NCBI GenBank assembly: GCA_964057225.1
Contig: OZ059897.1
Coordinates: forward strand, 5,084,001-5,148,000
Reading direction: 5' to 3'
DNA: 64,000 nucleotides
Source of the DNA: Auanema rhodensis
Lineage: Eukaryota > Animalia > Nematoda
Shown here: one piece after another, positions 14,001 to 28,500 of the stretch
How the letters are laid out: the number at the start of each line of letters is the position of its first letter
Numbering within the stretch: position 1 is the stretch's first letter
Position numbers and translations under genes: made by a program
Notes under the pieces: model-generated
Told to the model about the DNA's origin: nothing
Databases searched by the model: none
The model's input: only the letters and a program-made list of their open reading frames with translations

Positions 14001-14960
14001 TCACGTGAAGCGAGTTACATACCAAGTGCACCTCACGTGCACATTTAATTAGCATAAATTAAAGTTCACGTAAATTTCAAAGTCATGGTTACCATGCACC
14101 AATATCAATAAAAATTTGTTTTTAGACTAATATGGACATGGGGAATCTAATTTTAAAAACCGCATCTCTTTATCTTTCACGTGAAGCAAGTTACATACCA
14201 AGTGCATAGCACGTGTACATTTAATTAGCATAAATTAAAGTTCACGTAAATTTCAAAGTCATGGTTACCATGCACCAATATCAATAAAAATTTGTTTTTA
14301 GACTAATATGGACATGGGGAATCTAATTTTGAAAACCGCATCTCTTTATCTTTCACGTGAAGCGAGTTACATACTAAGCGCACATCACGTGTACATTTAA
14401 TTAGCATGAATTAAAGTTCACGTAAATTTCAAAGTCATGGTTACCATGAACCAATATCAATAAAAATTTGTTTTTAGACTAATATGGACATGGGGAATCT
14501 AATTTTGAAAACCGCATCTCTTTATCTTTCACGTGAAGTGAGTTACATACCAAGTGCACAGCACGTGTACATTTAATTAGCATAAATTAAAGTTCACGTA
14601 AATTTCAAAGTCATGGTTACCATGCACTAATATCAATAAAAATTTGTTTTTAGACTAATATGGACATGGGGAATCTAATTTTGAAAACCGCATCTCTTTA
14701 TCTTTCACGTGAAGCAAGTTACATACCAAGTGCACATCACGTGCACATTTAATTAGCATAAATTAAAGTTCACGTAAATTTCAAAGTCATGGTTACCATG
14801 CACCAATATCAATAAAAATTTGTTTTTAGACTAATATGGACATGGGGAATCTAATTTTGAAAACCGCATCTCTTTATCTTTCACGTGAAGTGAGTTACAT
14901 ACCAAGTGCACATCACGTGTACATTTAATTAGCATAAATTAAAGTTCACGTAAATTTCAA
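11089..14960. repeat. Local higher-order repeat of 7/6/5 monomers marked by TACTAAGCGC followed by a TGAACC monomer
   Basis: TACTAAGCGC monomers start at 11089, 12321, 13377 and 14257, and each is followed by a CATGAACC monomer. Confidence 0.85.
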
Positions 14961-17900
14961 AGTCATGGTTACCATGCACCAATATCAATAAAAATTTGTT
15001 TTTAGACTAATATGGACATGGGGAATCTAATTTTGAAAACCGCATCTCATTATCTTTCACGTGAAGTGGGTTACATACCAAGTGCACATCACGTGTACAT
15101 TTAATTAGCATAAATTAAAGTTCACGTAAATTTCAAAGTCATGGTTACCATGCACCAATATCAATAAAAAATTGTTTTTAGACTAATATGGACATGGGGA
15201 ATCTAATTTTAAAAACCGCATCTCTCTATCTTTCACGTGAAGCAAGTTACATACCAAGTGCATAGCACGTGTACATTTAATTAGCATAAATTAAAGTTCA
15301 CGTAAATTTCAAAGTCATGGTTACCATGCACCAATATCAATAAAAATTTGTTTTTAGACTAATATGGACATGGGGAATCTAATTGTGAAAACCGCATATC
15401 TTTATCTTTCACGTGAAGCGAGTTACATACCAAGTGCACATCACGTGTACATTTAATTAACATAAATTAAAGTTCACGTAAATTTCAAACTCATGGTTAC
15501 CATGCACCAATATCAATAAAAATTTGTTTTTAGACTAATATGGACATGGGGAATCTAATTTTGAAAACCGCATCTCATTATCTTTCACGTGAAGTGGGTT
15601 ACATACCAAGTGCACATCACGTGTACATTTAATTAGCATAAATTAAAGTTCACGTAAATTTCAAAGTCATGGTTACCATGCACCAATATCAATAAAAAAT
15701 TGTTTTTAGACTAATATGGACATGGGGAATCTAATTTTAAAAACCGCATCTCTTTATCTTTCACGTGAAGCAAGTTACATACCAAGTGCACAGCACGTGT
15801 ACATTTAATTAGCATAAATTAAAGTTCACGTAAATTTCAAAGTCATGGTTACCATGCACCAATATCAATAAAAATTTGTTTTTAGACTAATATGGACATG
15901 GGGAATCTAATTTTAAAAACCGCATCTCTTTATCTTTCACGTGAAGCAAGTTACATACCAAGTGCACATCACGTGTACATTTAATTAGCATAAATTAAAG
16001 TTCACGTAAATTTCAAAGTCATGGTTACCATGCACCAATATCAATAAAAATTTGTTTTTAGACTAATATGGACATGGGGAATCTAATTTTGAAAACCGCA
16101 TCTCTTTATCTTTCACGTGAAGTGGGTTACATACCAAGTGCACATCACGTGTACATTTAATTAGCATAAATTAAAGTTCACGTAAATTTCAAAGTCATGG
16201 TTACCATGCACCAATATCAATAAAAATTTGTTTTTAGACTAATATGGACATGGGGAATCTAATTTTGAAAACCGCATCTCATTATCTTTCACGTGAAGTG
16301 GGTTACATACCAAGTGCACATCACGTGTACATTTAATTAGCATAAATTAAAGTTCACGTAAATTTCAAAGTCATGGTTACCATGCACCAATATCAATAAA
16401 AAATTGTTTTTAGACTAATATGGACATGGGGAATCTAATTTTAAAAACCGCATCTCTTTATCTTTCACGTGAAGCAAGTTACATACCAAGTGCACAGCAC
16501 GTGTACATTTAATTAGCATAAATTAAAGTTCACGTAAATTTCAAAGTCATGGTTACCATGCACCAATATCAATAAAAATTTGTTTTTAGACTAATATGGA
16601 CATGGGGAATCTAATTTTAAAAACCGCATCTCTTTATCTTTCACGTGAAGCAAGTTACATACCAAGTGCACATCACGTGTACATTTAATTAGCATAAATT
16701 AAAGTTCACGTAAATTTCAAAGTCATGGTTACCATGCACCAATATCAATAAAAATTTGTTTTTAGACTAATATGGACATGGGGAATCTAATTTTGAAAAC
16801 CGCATCTCTTTATCTTTCACGTGAAGTGGGTTACATACCAAGTGCACATCACGTGTACATTTAATTAGCATAAATTAAAGTTCACGTAAATTTCAAAGTC
16901 ATGGTTACCATGCACCAATATCAATAAAAATTTGTTTTTAGACTAATATGGACATGGGGAATCTAATTGTGAAAACCGCATATCTGTATCTTTCACGTGA
17001 AGCGAGTTACATACCAAGTGCACATCACGTGTACATTTAATTAACATAAATTAAAGTTCACGTAAATTTCAAACTCATGGTTACCATGCACCAATATCAA
17101 TAAAAATTTGTTTTTAGACTAATATGGACATGGGGAATCTAATTTTGAAAACCGCATCTCATTATCTTTCACGTGAAGTGGGTTACATACCAAGTGCACA
17201 TCACGTGTACATTTAATTAGCATAAATTAAAGTTCACGTAAATTTCAAAGTCATGGTTAACATGCACCAATATCAATAAAAAATTGTTTTTAGACTAATA
17301 TGGACATGGGGAATCTAATTTTAAAAACCGCATCTCTTTATCTTTCACGTGAAGCAAGTTACATACCAAGTGCACATCACGTGTACATTTAATTAGCATA
17401 AATTAAAGTTCACGTAAATTTCAAAGTCATGGTTACCATGCACCAATATCAATAAAAATTTGTTTTTAGACTAATATGGACATGGGGAATCTAATATTGA
17501 AAACCGCATCTCTTTATCTTTCACGTGAAGCAAGTTACATCCCAAGTGCACATCACGTGCACATTTAATTAGCATAAATTAAAGTTCACGTAAATTTCAA
17601 AGTCATGGTTACCATGCACCAATATCAATAAAAATTTGTTTTTAGACTAATATGGACATGGGGAATCTAATTTTGAAAACCGCATCTCTTTATCTTTCAC
17701 GTGAAGCGAGTTACATACCAAGTGCACCTCACGTGCACATTTAATTAGCATAAATTAAAGTTCACGTAAATTTCAAAGTCATGGTTACCATGCACCAATA
17801 TCAATAAAAATTTGTTTTTAGACTAATATGGACATGGGGAATCTAATTTTAAAAACCGCATCTCTTTATCTTTCACGTGAAGCAAGTTACATACCAAGTG

Positions 17901-19712
17901 CATAGCACGTGTACATTTAATTAGCATAAATTAAAGTTCACGTAAATTTCAAAGTCATGGTTACCATGCACCAATATCAATAAAAATTTGTTTTTAGACT
18001 AATATGGACATGGGGAATCTAATTTTGAAAACCGCATCTCTTTATCTTTCACGTGAAGTGAGTTACATACCAAGTGCACAGCACGTGTACATTTAATTAG
18101 CATAAATTAAAGTTCACGTAAATTTCAAAGTCATGGTTACCATGAACCAATATCAATAAAAATTTGTTTTTAGACTAATATGGACATGGGGAATCTAATT
18201 GTGAAAACCGCATATCTTTATCTTTCACGTGAAGCGAGTTACATACCAAGTGCACATCACGTGTACATTTAATTAACATAAATTAAAGTTCACGTAAATT
18301 TCAAACTCATGGTTACCATGCACCAATATCAATAAAAATTTGTTTTTAGACTAATATGGACATGGGGAATCTAATTTTGAAAACCGCATCTCATTATCTT
18401 TCACGTGAAGTGGGTTACATACCAAGTGCACATCACGTGTACATTTAATTAGCATAAATTAAAGTTCACGTAAATTTCAAAGTCATGGTTACCATGCACC
18501 AATATCAATAAAAATTTGTTTTTAGACTAATATGGACATGGGGAATCTAATATTGAAAACCGCATCTCTTTATCTTTCACGTGAAGCAAGTTACATCCCA
18601 AGTGCACATCACGTGCACATTTAATTAGCATAAATTAAAGTTCACGTAAATTTCAAAGTCATGGTTACCATGCACCAATATCAATAAAAATTTGTTTTTA
18701 GACTAATATGGACATGGGGAATCTAATTTTGAAAACCGCATCTCTTTATCTTTCACGTGAAGCGAGTTACATACCAAGTGCACCTCACGTGCACATTTAA
18801 TTAGCATAAATTAAAGTTCACGTAAATTTCAAACTCATGGTTACCATGCACCAATATCAATAAAAATTTGTTTTTAGACTAATATGGACATGGGGAATCT
18901 AATTTTGAAAACCGCATCTCATTATCTTTCACGTGAAGTGGGTTACATACCAAGTGCACATCACGTGTACATTTAATTAGCATAAATTAAAGTTCACGTA
19001 AATTTCAAAGTCATGGTTACCATGCACCAATATCAATAAAAAATTGTTTTTAGACTAATATGGACATGGGGAATCTAATTTTAAAAACCGCATCTCTTTA
19101 TCTTTCACGTGAAGCAAGTTACATACCAAGTGCACAGCACGTGTACATTTAATTAGCATAAATTAAAGTTCACGTAAATTTCAAAGTCATGGTTACCATG
19201 CACCAATATCAATAAAAATTTGTTTTTAGACTAATATGGACATGGGGAATCTAATTTTAAAAACCGCATCTCTTTATCTTTCACGTGAAGCAAGTTACAT
19301 ACCAAGTGCACATCACGTGTACATTTAATTAGCATAAATTAAAGTTCACGTAAATTTCAAAGTCATGGTTACCATGCACCAATATCAATAAAAATTTGTT
19401 TTTAGACTAATATGGACATGGGGAATCTAATTTTGAAAACTGCATCTCTTTATCTTTCACGTGAAGTGGGTTACATACCAAGTGCACATCACGTGTACAT
19501 TTAATTAGCATAAATTAAAGTTAACGTAAATTTCAAAGTCATGGTTACCATGCACCAATATCAATAAAAATTTGTTTTTAGACTAATATGGACATGGGGA
19601 ATCTAATTTTGAAAACCGCATCTCTTTATCTTTCACGTGAAGCGAGTTACATACCAAGTGCACATCACGTGTACATTTAATTAGCATAAATTAAAGTTCA
19701 CGTAAATTTCAA

Positions 19713-21120
19713 AGTCATGGTGACCATGCACTAATATCAATAAAAATTTGTTTTTAGACTAATATGGACATGGAGAATCTAATTTTAAAAACCGCATCTC
19801 TTTATCTTTCACGTGAAGCAAGTTACATACCAAGTGCACATCACGTGTACATTTAATTAGCATAAATTAAAGTTCACGTAAATTTTAAAGTCATGGTTAC
19901 CATGCACCAATATCAATAAAAATTTGTTTTTAGACTAATATGGACATGGGGAATCTAATTTTGAAAACCGCATCTCTTTATCTTTCACGTGAAGTGAGTT
20001 ACATACCAAGTGTACATCACGTGCACATTTAATTAGCATAAATTAAAGTTCACGTAAATTTCAAAGTCATGGTTACCATGCACCAATATCAATAAAAATT
20101 TGTTTTTAGACTAATATGGACATGGGGAATCTAATATTGAAAACCGCATCTCTTTATCTTTCACGTGAAGCAAGTTACATACCAAGTGCACATCACGTGT
20201 ACATTTAATTAGCATAAATTAAAGTTCACGTAAATTTCAAAGTCATGGTTACCATGCACCAATATCAATAAAAATTTGTTTTTAGACTAATATGGACATG
20301 GGGAATCTAATTTTGAAAACCGCATCTCTTTATCTTTCACGTGAAGCAAGTTACGAACCAAGTGCACATCACGTGTACATTTAATTAGCATAAATTAAGG
20401 TTCACGTAAATTTCAAAGTCATGGTTACCATGCACCAATATCAATAAAAATTTGTTTTTAGACTAATATGGACATGGAGAATCTAATTTTAAAAACCGCA
20501 TCTCTTTATCTTTCACGTGAAGCAAGTTACATACCAAGTGCACATCACGTGTACATTTAATTAGCATAAATTAAAGTTCACGTAAATTTTAAAGTCATGG
20601 TTACCATGCACCAATATCAATAAAAATTTGTTTTTAGACTAATATGGACATGGGGAATCTAATTTTGAAAACCGCATCTCTTTATCTTTCACGTGAAGTG
20701 AGTTACATACCAAGTGTACATCACGTGCACATTTAATTAGCATAAATTAAAGTTCACGTAAATTTCAAAGTCATGGTTACCATGCACCAATATCAATAAA
20801 AATTTGTTTTTAGACTAATATGGACATGGGGAATCTAATATTGAAAACCGCATCTCTTTATCTTTCACGTGAAGCAAGTTACATACCAAGTGCACATCAC
20901 GTGTACATTTAATTAGCATAAATTAAAGTTCACGTAAATTTCAAAGTCATGGTTACCATGCACCAATATCAATAAAAATTTGTTTTTAGACTAATATGGA
21001 CATGGGGAATCTAATTTTGAAAACCGCATCTCTTTATCTTTCACGTGAAGCAAGTTACGAACCAAGTGCACATCACGTGTACATTTAATTAGCATAAATT
21101 AAGGTTCACGTAAATTTCAA
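19713..21120. repeat. 4-monomer (704 bp) tandem duplication
   Basis: The series TGGAGAA+AATTTTAAAG, GTGTAC..GTGCAC, AATATTG, CGAACC+AAGGTT occurs at 19713-20416 and again at 20417-21120. Confidence 0.9.
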
Positions 21121-21824
21121 AGTCATGGTTACCATGCACCAATATCAATAAAAATTTGTTTTTAGACTAATATGGACATGGGGAATCTAATTTTGAAAAC
21201 CGCATCTCTTTATCTTTCACGTGAAGCGAGTTACATACCAAGTGCACATCACGTGTACATTTAATTAGCATAAATTAAAGTTCACGTAAATTTCAAAGTC
21301 ATGGTTACCATGCACCAATATCAATAAAAATTTGTTTTTAGACTAATATGCACATGGGGAATCTAATTTTAAAAACCGCATCTCTTTATCTTTCACGTGA
21401 AGTGAGTTACATACCAAGTGCACAGCACGTGTACATTTAATTAGCATAAATTAAAGTTCACGTAAATTTCAAAGTCATGGTTACCATGCACCAATATCAA
21501 TAAAAATTTGTTTTTAGACTAATATGGACATGGGGAATCTAATTTTAAAAACCGCATCTCTTTATCTTTCACGTGAAGCAAGTTACATACCAAGTGCATA
21601 GCACGTGTACATTTAATTAGCATAAATTAAAGTTCACGTAAATTTCAAAGTCATGGTTACCATGCACCAATATCAATAAAAATTTGTTTTTAGACTAATA
21701 TGGACATGGGGAATCTAATTGTGAAAACCGCATCTCTTTATCTTTCACGTGAAGCGAGTTACATACCAAGTGCACATCACGTGTACATTTAATTAACATA
21801 AATTAAAGTTCACGTAAATTTCAA

Positions 21825-24800
21825 ACTCATGGTTACCATGCACCAATATCAATAAAAATTTGTTTTTAGACTAATATGGGCATGGGAAATCTAATTTTGA
21901 AAACCGCATCTCTTTATCTTTCACGTGAAGTGGGTTACATACCAAGTGCACATCACGTGTACACTTAATTAGCATAAATTAAAGTTCACGTAAATTTCAA
22001 AGTCATGGTTACCATGCACCAATATCAATAAAAATTTGTTTTTAGACTAATATGGACATGGGGAATCTAATTTTAAAAACCGCATCTCTTTATCTTTCAC
22101 GTGAAGCAAGTTACATACCAAGTGCACAGCACGTGTACATTTAATTAGCATAAATTAAAGTTCACGTAAATTTCAAAGTCATGGTTACCATGCACCAATA
22201 TCAATAAAAATTTGTTTTTAGACTAATATGGACATGGGGAATCTAATTTTGAAAATCGCATCTCTTTATCTTTCACGTGAAGCGAGTTACATACCAAGTG
22301 CACATCACGTGTACATTTAATTAGCATAAATTAAAGTTCACGTAAATTTCAAAGTCATGGTTACCATGCACCAATATCAATAAAAATTTGTTTTTAGACT
22401 AATATGGACATGGGGAATCTAATTTTGAAAACCGCATCTTTTTATCTTTCACGTGAAGTGGGTTACATACCAAGTGCACATCACGTGTACATTTAATTAG
22501 CATAGATTAAAGTTAACGTAAATTTCAAAGTCATGGTTACCATGCACCAATATCAATAAAAATTAGTTTTTAGACTAATATGGACATGGGGAATCTAATT
22601 TTAAAAACCGCATCTCTTTATCTTTCACGTGAAGCAAGTTACATACCAAGTGCACAGCACGTGTACATTTAATTAGCATAAATTAAAGTTCACGTAAATT
22701 TCAAAGTCATGGTTACCATGCACCAATATCAATAAAAATTTGTTTTTAGACTAAAATGGACATGGGGAATCTAATTTTGAAAACCGCATCTCTTTATCTT
22801 TCACGTGAAGCGAGTTACATACCAAGTGCACATCACGTGTACATTTAATTAGCATAAATTAAAGTTCACGTAAATTTCAAAGTCATGGTTACCATGCACC
22901 AATATCAATAAAAATTTGTTTTTAGACTAATATGGACATGGGGAATCTAATTTTGAAAACCCCATCTCTTTATCTTTCACGTGAAGTGAGTTACATACCA
23001 AGTGTACATCACGTGCACATTTAATTAGCATAAATTAAAGTTCACGTAAATTTCAAAGTCATGGTTACCATGCACCAATATCAATAAAAATTTGTTTTTA
23101 GACTAATATGGACATGGGGAATCTAATTTTAAAAACCGCATCTCTTTATCTTTCACGTGAAGCAAGTTACATACCAAGTGCACAGCACGTGTACATTTAA
23201 TTAGCATAAATTAAAGTTCACGTAAATTTCAAAGTCATGGTTACCATGCACCAATATCAATAAAAATTTGTTTTTAGACTAATATGGACATGGGGAATCT
23301 AATATTGAAAACCGCATCTCTTTATCTTTCATGTGAAGCAAGTTACATCCCAAGTGCACATCACGTGTACATTTAATTAGCATAAATTAAAGTTCACGTA
23401 AATTTCAAAGTCATGGTTACCATGCACCAATATCAATAAAAATTTGTTTTTAGACTAATATGGATATGGGGAATCTAATTTTGAAAACCGCATCTCTTTA
23501 TCTTTCACGTGAAGCGAGTTACATACCAAGTGCACATCACGTGTGCATTTAATTAGCATAAATTAAAATTCACGTAAATTTCAAAGTCATGGTTACCATG
23601 CACCAATATCAATAAAAATTTGTTTTTAGACTAATATGGGCATGGGAAATCTAATTTTGAAAACCGCATCTCTTTATCTTTCACGTGAAGTGGGTTACAT
23701 ACCAAGTGCACATCACGTGTACACTTAATTAGCATAAATTAAAGTTCACGTAAATTTCAAAGTCATGGTTACCATGCACCAATATCAATAAAAATTTGTT
23801 TTTAGACTAATATGGACATGGGGAATCTAATTTTAAAAACCGCATCTCTTTATCTTTCACGTGAAGCAAGTTACATACCAAGTGCACAGCACGTGTACAT
23901 TTAATTAGCATAAATTAAAGTTCACGTAAATTTCAAAGTCATGGTTACCATGCACCAATATCAATAAAAATTTGTTTTTAGACTAATATGGACATGGGGA
24001 ATCTAATTTTGAAAATCGCATCTCTTTATCTTTCACGTGAAGCGAGTTACATACCAAGTGCACATCACGTGTACATTTAATTAGCATAAATTAAAGTTCA
24101 CGTAAATTTCAAAGTCATGGTTACCATGCACCAATATCAATAAAAATTTGTTTTTAGACTAATATGGACATGGGGAATCTAATTTTGAAAACCGCATCTT
24201 TTTATCTTTCACGTGAAGTGGGTTACATACCAAGTGCACATCACGTGTACATTTAATTAGCATAGATTAAAGTTAACGTAAATTTCAAAGTCATGGTTAC
24301 CATGCACCAATATCAATAAAAATTAGTTTTTAGACTAATATGGACATGGGGAATCTAATTTTAAAAACCGCATCTCTTTATCTTTCACGTGAAGCAAGTT
24401 ACATACCAAGTGCACAGCACGTGTACATTTAATTAGCATAAATTAAAGTTCACGTAAATTTCAAAGTCATGGTTACCATGCACCAATATCAATAAAAATT
24501 TGTTTTTAGACTAAAATGGACATGGGGAATCTAATTTTGAAAACCGCATCTCTTTATCTTTCACGTGAAGCGAGTTACATACCAAGTGCACATCACGTGT
24601 ACATTTAATTAGCATAAATTAAAGTTCACGTAAATTTCAAAGTCATGGTTACCATGCACCAATATCAATAAAAATTTGTTTTTAGACTAATATGGACATG
24701 GGGAATCTAATTTTAAAAACCGCATCTCTTTATCTTTCACGTGAAGCAAGTTACATACCAAGTGCACAGTACGTGTACATTTAATTAGCATAAATTAAAG

Positions 24801-25520
24801 TTCACGTAAATTTCAAAGTCATGGTTACCATGCACCAATATCAATAAAAATTTGTTTTTAGACTAATATGGACATGGGGAATCTAATTTTGAAAACCCCA
24901 TCTCTTTATCTTTCACGTGAAGTGAGTTACATACCAAGTGTACATCACGTGCACATTTAATTAGCATAAATTAAAGTTCACGTAAATTTCAAAGTCATGG
25001 TTACCATGCACCAATATCAATAAAAATTTGTTTTTAGACTAATATGGACATGGGGAATCTAATTTTAAAAACCGCATCTCTTTATCTTTCACGTGAAGCA
25101 AGTTACATACCAAGTGCACAGCACGTGTACATTTAATTAGCATAAATTAAAGTTCACGTAAATTTCAAAGTCATGGTTACCATGCACCAATATCAATAAA
25201 AATTTGTTTTTAGACTAATATGGACATGGGGAATCTAATATTGAAAACCGCATCTCTTTATCTTTCACGTGAAGCAAGTTACATCCCAAGTGCACATCAC
25301 GTGTACATTTAATTAGCATAAATTAAAGTTCACGTAAATTTCAAAGTCATGGTTACCATGCACCAATATCAATAAAAATTTGTTTTTAGACTAATATGGA
25401 TATGGGGAATCTAATTTTGAAAACCGCATCTCTTTATCTTTCACGTGAAGCGAGTTACATACCAAGTGCACATCACGTGTGCATTTAATTAGCATAAATT
25501 AAAATTCACGTAAATTTCAA
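21825..25520. repeat. 10-monomer unit (21825-23584) followed by an 11-monomer copy (23585-25520)
   Basis: Shared rare variants TGGGCATGGGAAAT, CATAGAT, AATTAGTT, CTAAAATGG, AACCCC and TAAAATTC occur in the same order. The second copy has one extra monomer at 24641. Confidence 0.9.
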
Positions 25521-28500
25521 AGTCATGGTTACCATGCACCAATATCAATAAAAATGTGTTTTTAGACTAATATGGACATGGGGAATCTAATTTTGAAAAC
25601 CGCATCTCTTTATCTTTCACGTGAAGCGAGTTACATACCAAGTGCACATCACGTGAACATTTAATTAGCATAAATTAAAGTTCACGTAAATTTCAAAGTC
25701 ATGGTTACCATGCACCAATATCAATAAAAATTTGTTTTTAGACTAATATGGACATGGGGAATCTAATTTTAAAAACCGCATCTCTTTATCTTTCACGTGA
25801 AGCAAGTTACATACCAAGTGCACAGCACGTGTACATTTAATTAGCATAAATTAAAGTTCACGTAAATTTCAAAGTCATGGTTACCATGCACCAATATCAA
25901 TAAAAATTTGTTTTTAGACTAATATGGACATGGGGAATCTAATATTGAAAACCGCATCTCTTTATCTTTCACGTGAAGCAAGTTACATCCCAAGTGCACA
26001 TCATGTGTACATTTAATTAGCATAAATTAAAGTTCACGTAAATTTCAAAGTCATGGTTACCATGCACCAATATCAATAAAAATTTGTTTTTAGACTAATA
26101 TGGATATGGGGAATCTAATTTTGAAAACCGCATCTCTTTATCTTTCACGTGAAGCGAGTTACATACCAAGTGCACATCACGTGTGCATTTAATTAGCATA
26201 AATTAAAGTTCACGTAAATTTCAAAGTCATGGTTACCATGCACCAATATCAATAAAAATTTGTTTTTAGACTAATATGGACATGGGGAATCTAATTTTGA
26301 AAACCGCATCTCTTTATCTTTCACGTGAAGCGAGTTACATACCAAGTGCACATCACGTGTACATTTAATTAGCATAAATTAAAGTTCACGTAAATTTCAA
26401 AGTCATGGTTACCATGCACCAATATCAATAAAAATTTGTTTTTAGACTAATATGGACATGGGGAATCTAATTTTGAAAACCCCATCTCTTTATCTTTCAC
26501 GTGAAGTGAGTTACATACCAAGTGTACATCACGTGCACATTTAATTAGCATAAATTAAAGTTCACGTAAATTTCAAAGTCATGGTTACCATGCACCAATA
26601 TCAATAAAAATTTGTTTTTAGACTAATATGGACATGGGGAATCTAATTTTGAAAACCGCATCTCTTTATCTTTCACGTGAAGCAAGTTACGAACCAAGTG
26701 CACATCACGTGTACATTTAATTAGCATAAATTAAGGTTCACGTAAATTTCAAAGTCATGGTTACCATGCACCAATATCAATAAAAATTTGTTTTTAGACT
26801 AATATGGACATGGGGAATCTAATTTTGAAAACCGCATCTCTTTATCTTTCACGTGAAGCGAGTTACATACCAAGTGCACATCACGTGTACATTTAATTAG
26901 CATAAATTAAAGTTCACGTAAATTTCAAAGTCATGGTTACCATGCACCAATATCAATAAAAATTTGTTTTTAGACTAATATGCACATGGGGAATCTAATT
27001 TTAAAAACCGCATCTCTTTATCTTTCACGTGAAGTGAGTTACATACCAAGTGCACAGCACGTGTACATTTAATTAGCATAAATTAAAGTTCACGTAAATT
27101 TCAAAGTCATGGTTACCATGCACTAATATCAATAAAAATTTGTTTTTAGACTAATATGGACATGGGGAATCTAATTTTGAAAACCGCATCTCTTTATCTT
27201 TCACGTGAAGCAAGTTACATACCAAGTGCACATCACGTGCACATTTAATTAGCATAAATTAAAGTTCACGTAAATTTCAAGGTCATGGTTACCATGCACC
27301 AATATCAATAAAAATTTGTTTTTAGACTAATATGGACATGGGGAATCTAATTTTGAAAACCGCATCTCTTTATCTTTCACGTGAAGTGAGTTACATACCA
27401 AATGCACATCACGTGTACATTTAATTAGCATAAATTAAAGTTCACGTAAATTTCAAAGTCATGGTTACCATGCACCAATATCAATAAAAATTTGTTTTTA
27501 GACTAATATGGACATGGGGAATCTAATTTTGAAAACCGCATCTCTTTATCTTTCACGTGAAGCGAGTTACATACCAAGTGCACAGCACGTGTACATTTAA
27601 TTAGCATAAATTAAAGTTCACGTAAATTTCAAAGTCATGGTTACCATGCACTAATATCAATAAAAATTTGTTTTTAGACTAATATGGACATGGGGAATCT
27701 AATTTTGAAAACCGCATCTCTTTATCTTTCACGTGAAGCAAGTTACATACCAAGTGCACATCACGTGCACATTTAATTAGCATAAATTAAAGTTCACGTA
27801 AATTTCAAAGTCATGGTTACCATGCACCAATATCAATAAAAATTTGTTTTTAGACTAATATGGACATGGGGAATCATCTAATTTTGAAAACCGCATCTCT
27901 TTATCTTTCACGTGAAGTGAGTTACATACCAAGTGTACATCACGTGTACATTTAATTAGCATAAATTAAAGTTCACGTAAATTTCAAACTCATGGTTACC
28001 ATGCACCAATATCAATAAAAATTTGTTTTTAGACTAATATGGACATGGGGAATCTAATTTTAAAAACCGCATCTCTTTATCTTTCACGTGAAGCAAGTTA
28101 CATACCAAGTGCACAGCACGTGTACATTTAATTAGCATAAATTAAAGTTCACGTAAATTTCAAAGTCATGGTTACCATGCACCAATATCAATAAAAATTT
28201 GTTTTTAGACTAATATGGACATGGGGAATCTAATATTGAAAACCGCATCTCTTTATCTTTCACGTGAAGCAAGTTACATCCCAAGTGCACATCACGTGTA
28301 CATTTAATTAGCATAAATTAAAGTTCACGTAAATTTCAAAGTCATGGTTACCATGCACCAATATCAATAAAAATTTGTTTTTAGACTAATATGGATATGG
28401 GGAATCTAATTTTGAAAACCGCATCTCTTTATCTTTCACGTGAAGCGAGTTACATACCAAGTGCACATCACGTGTGCATTTAATTAGCATAAATTAAAGT

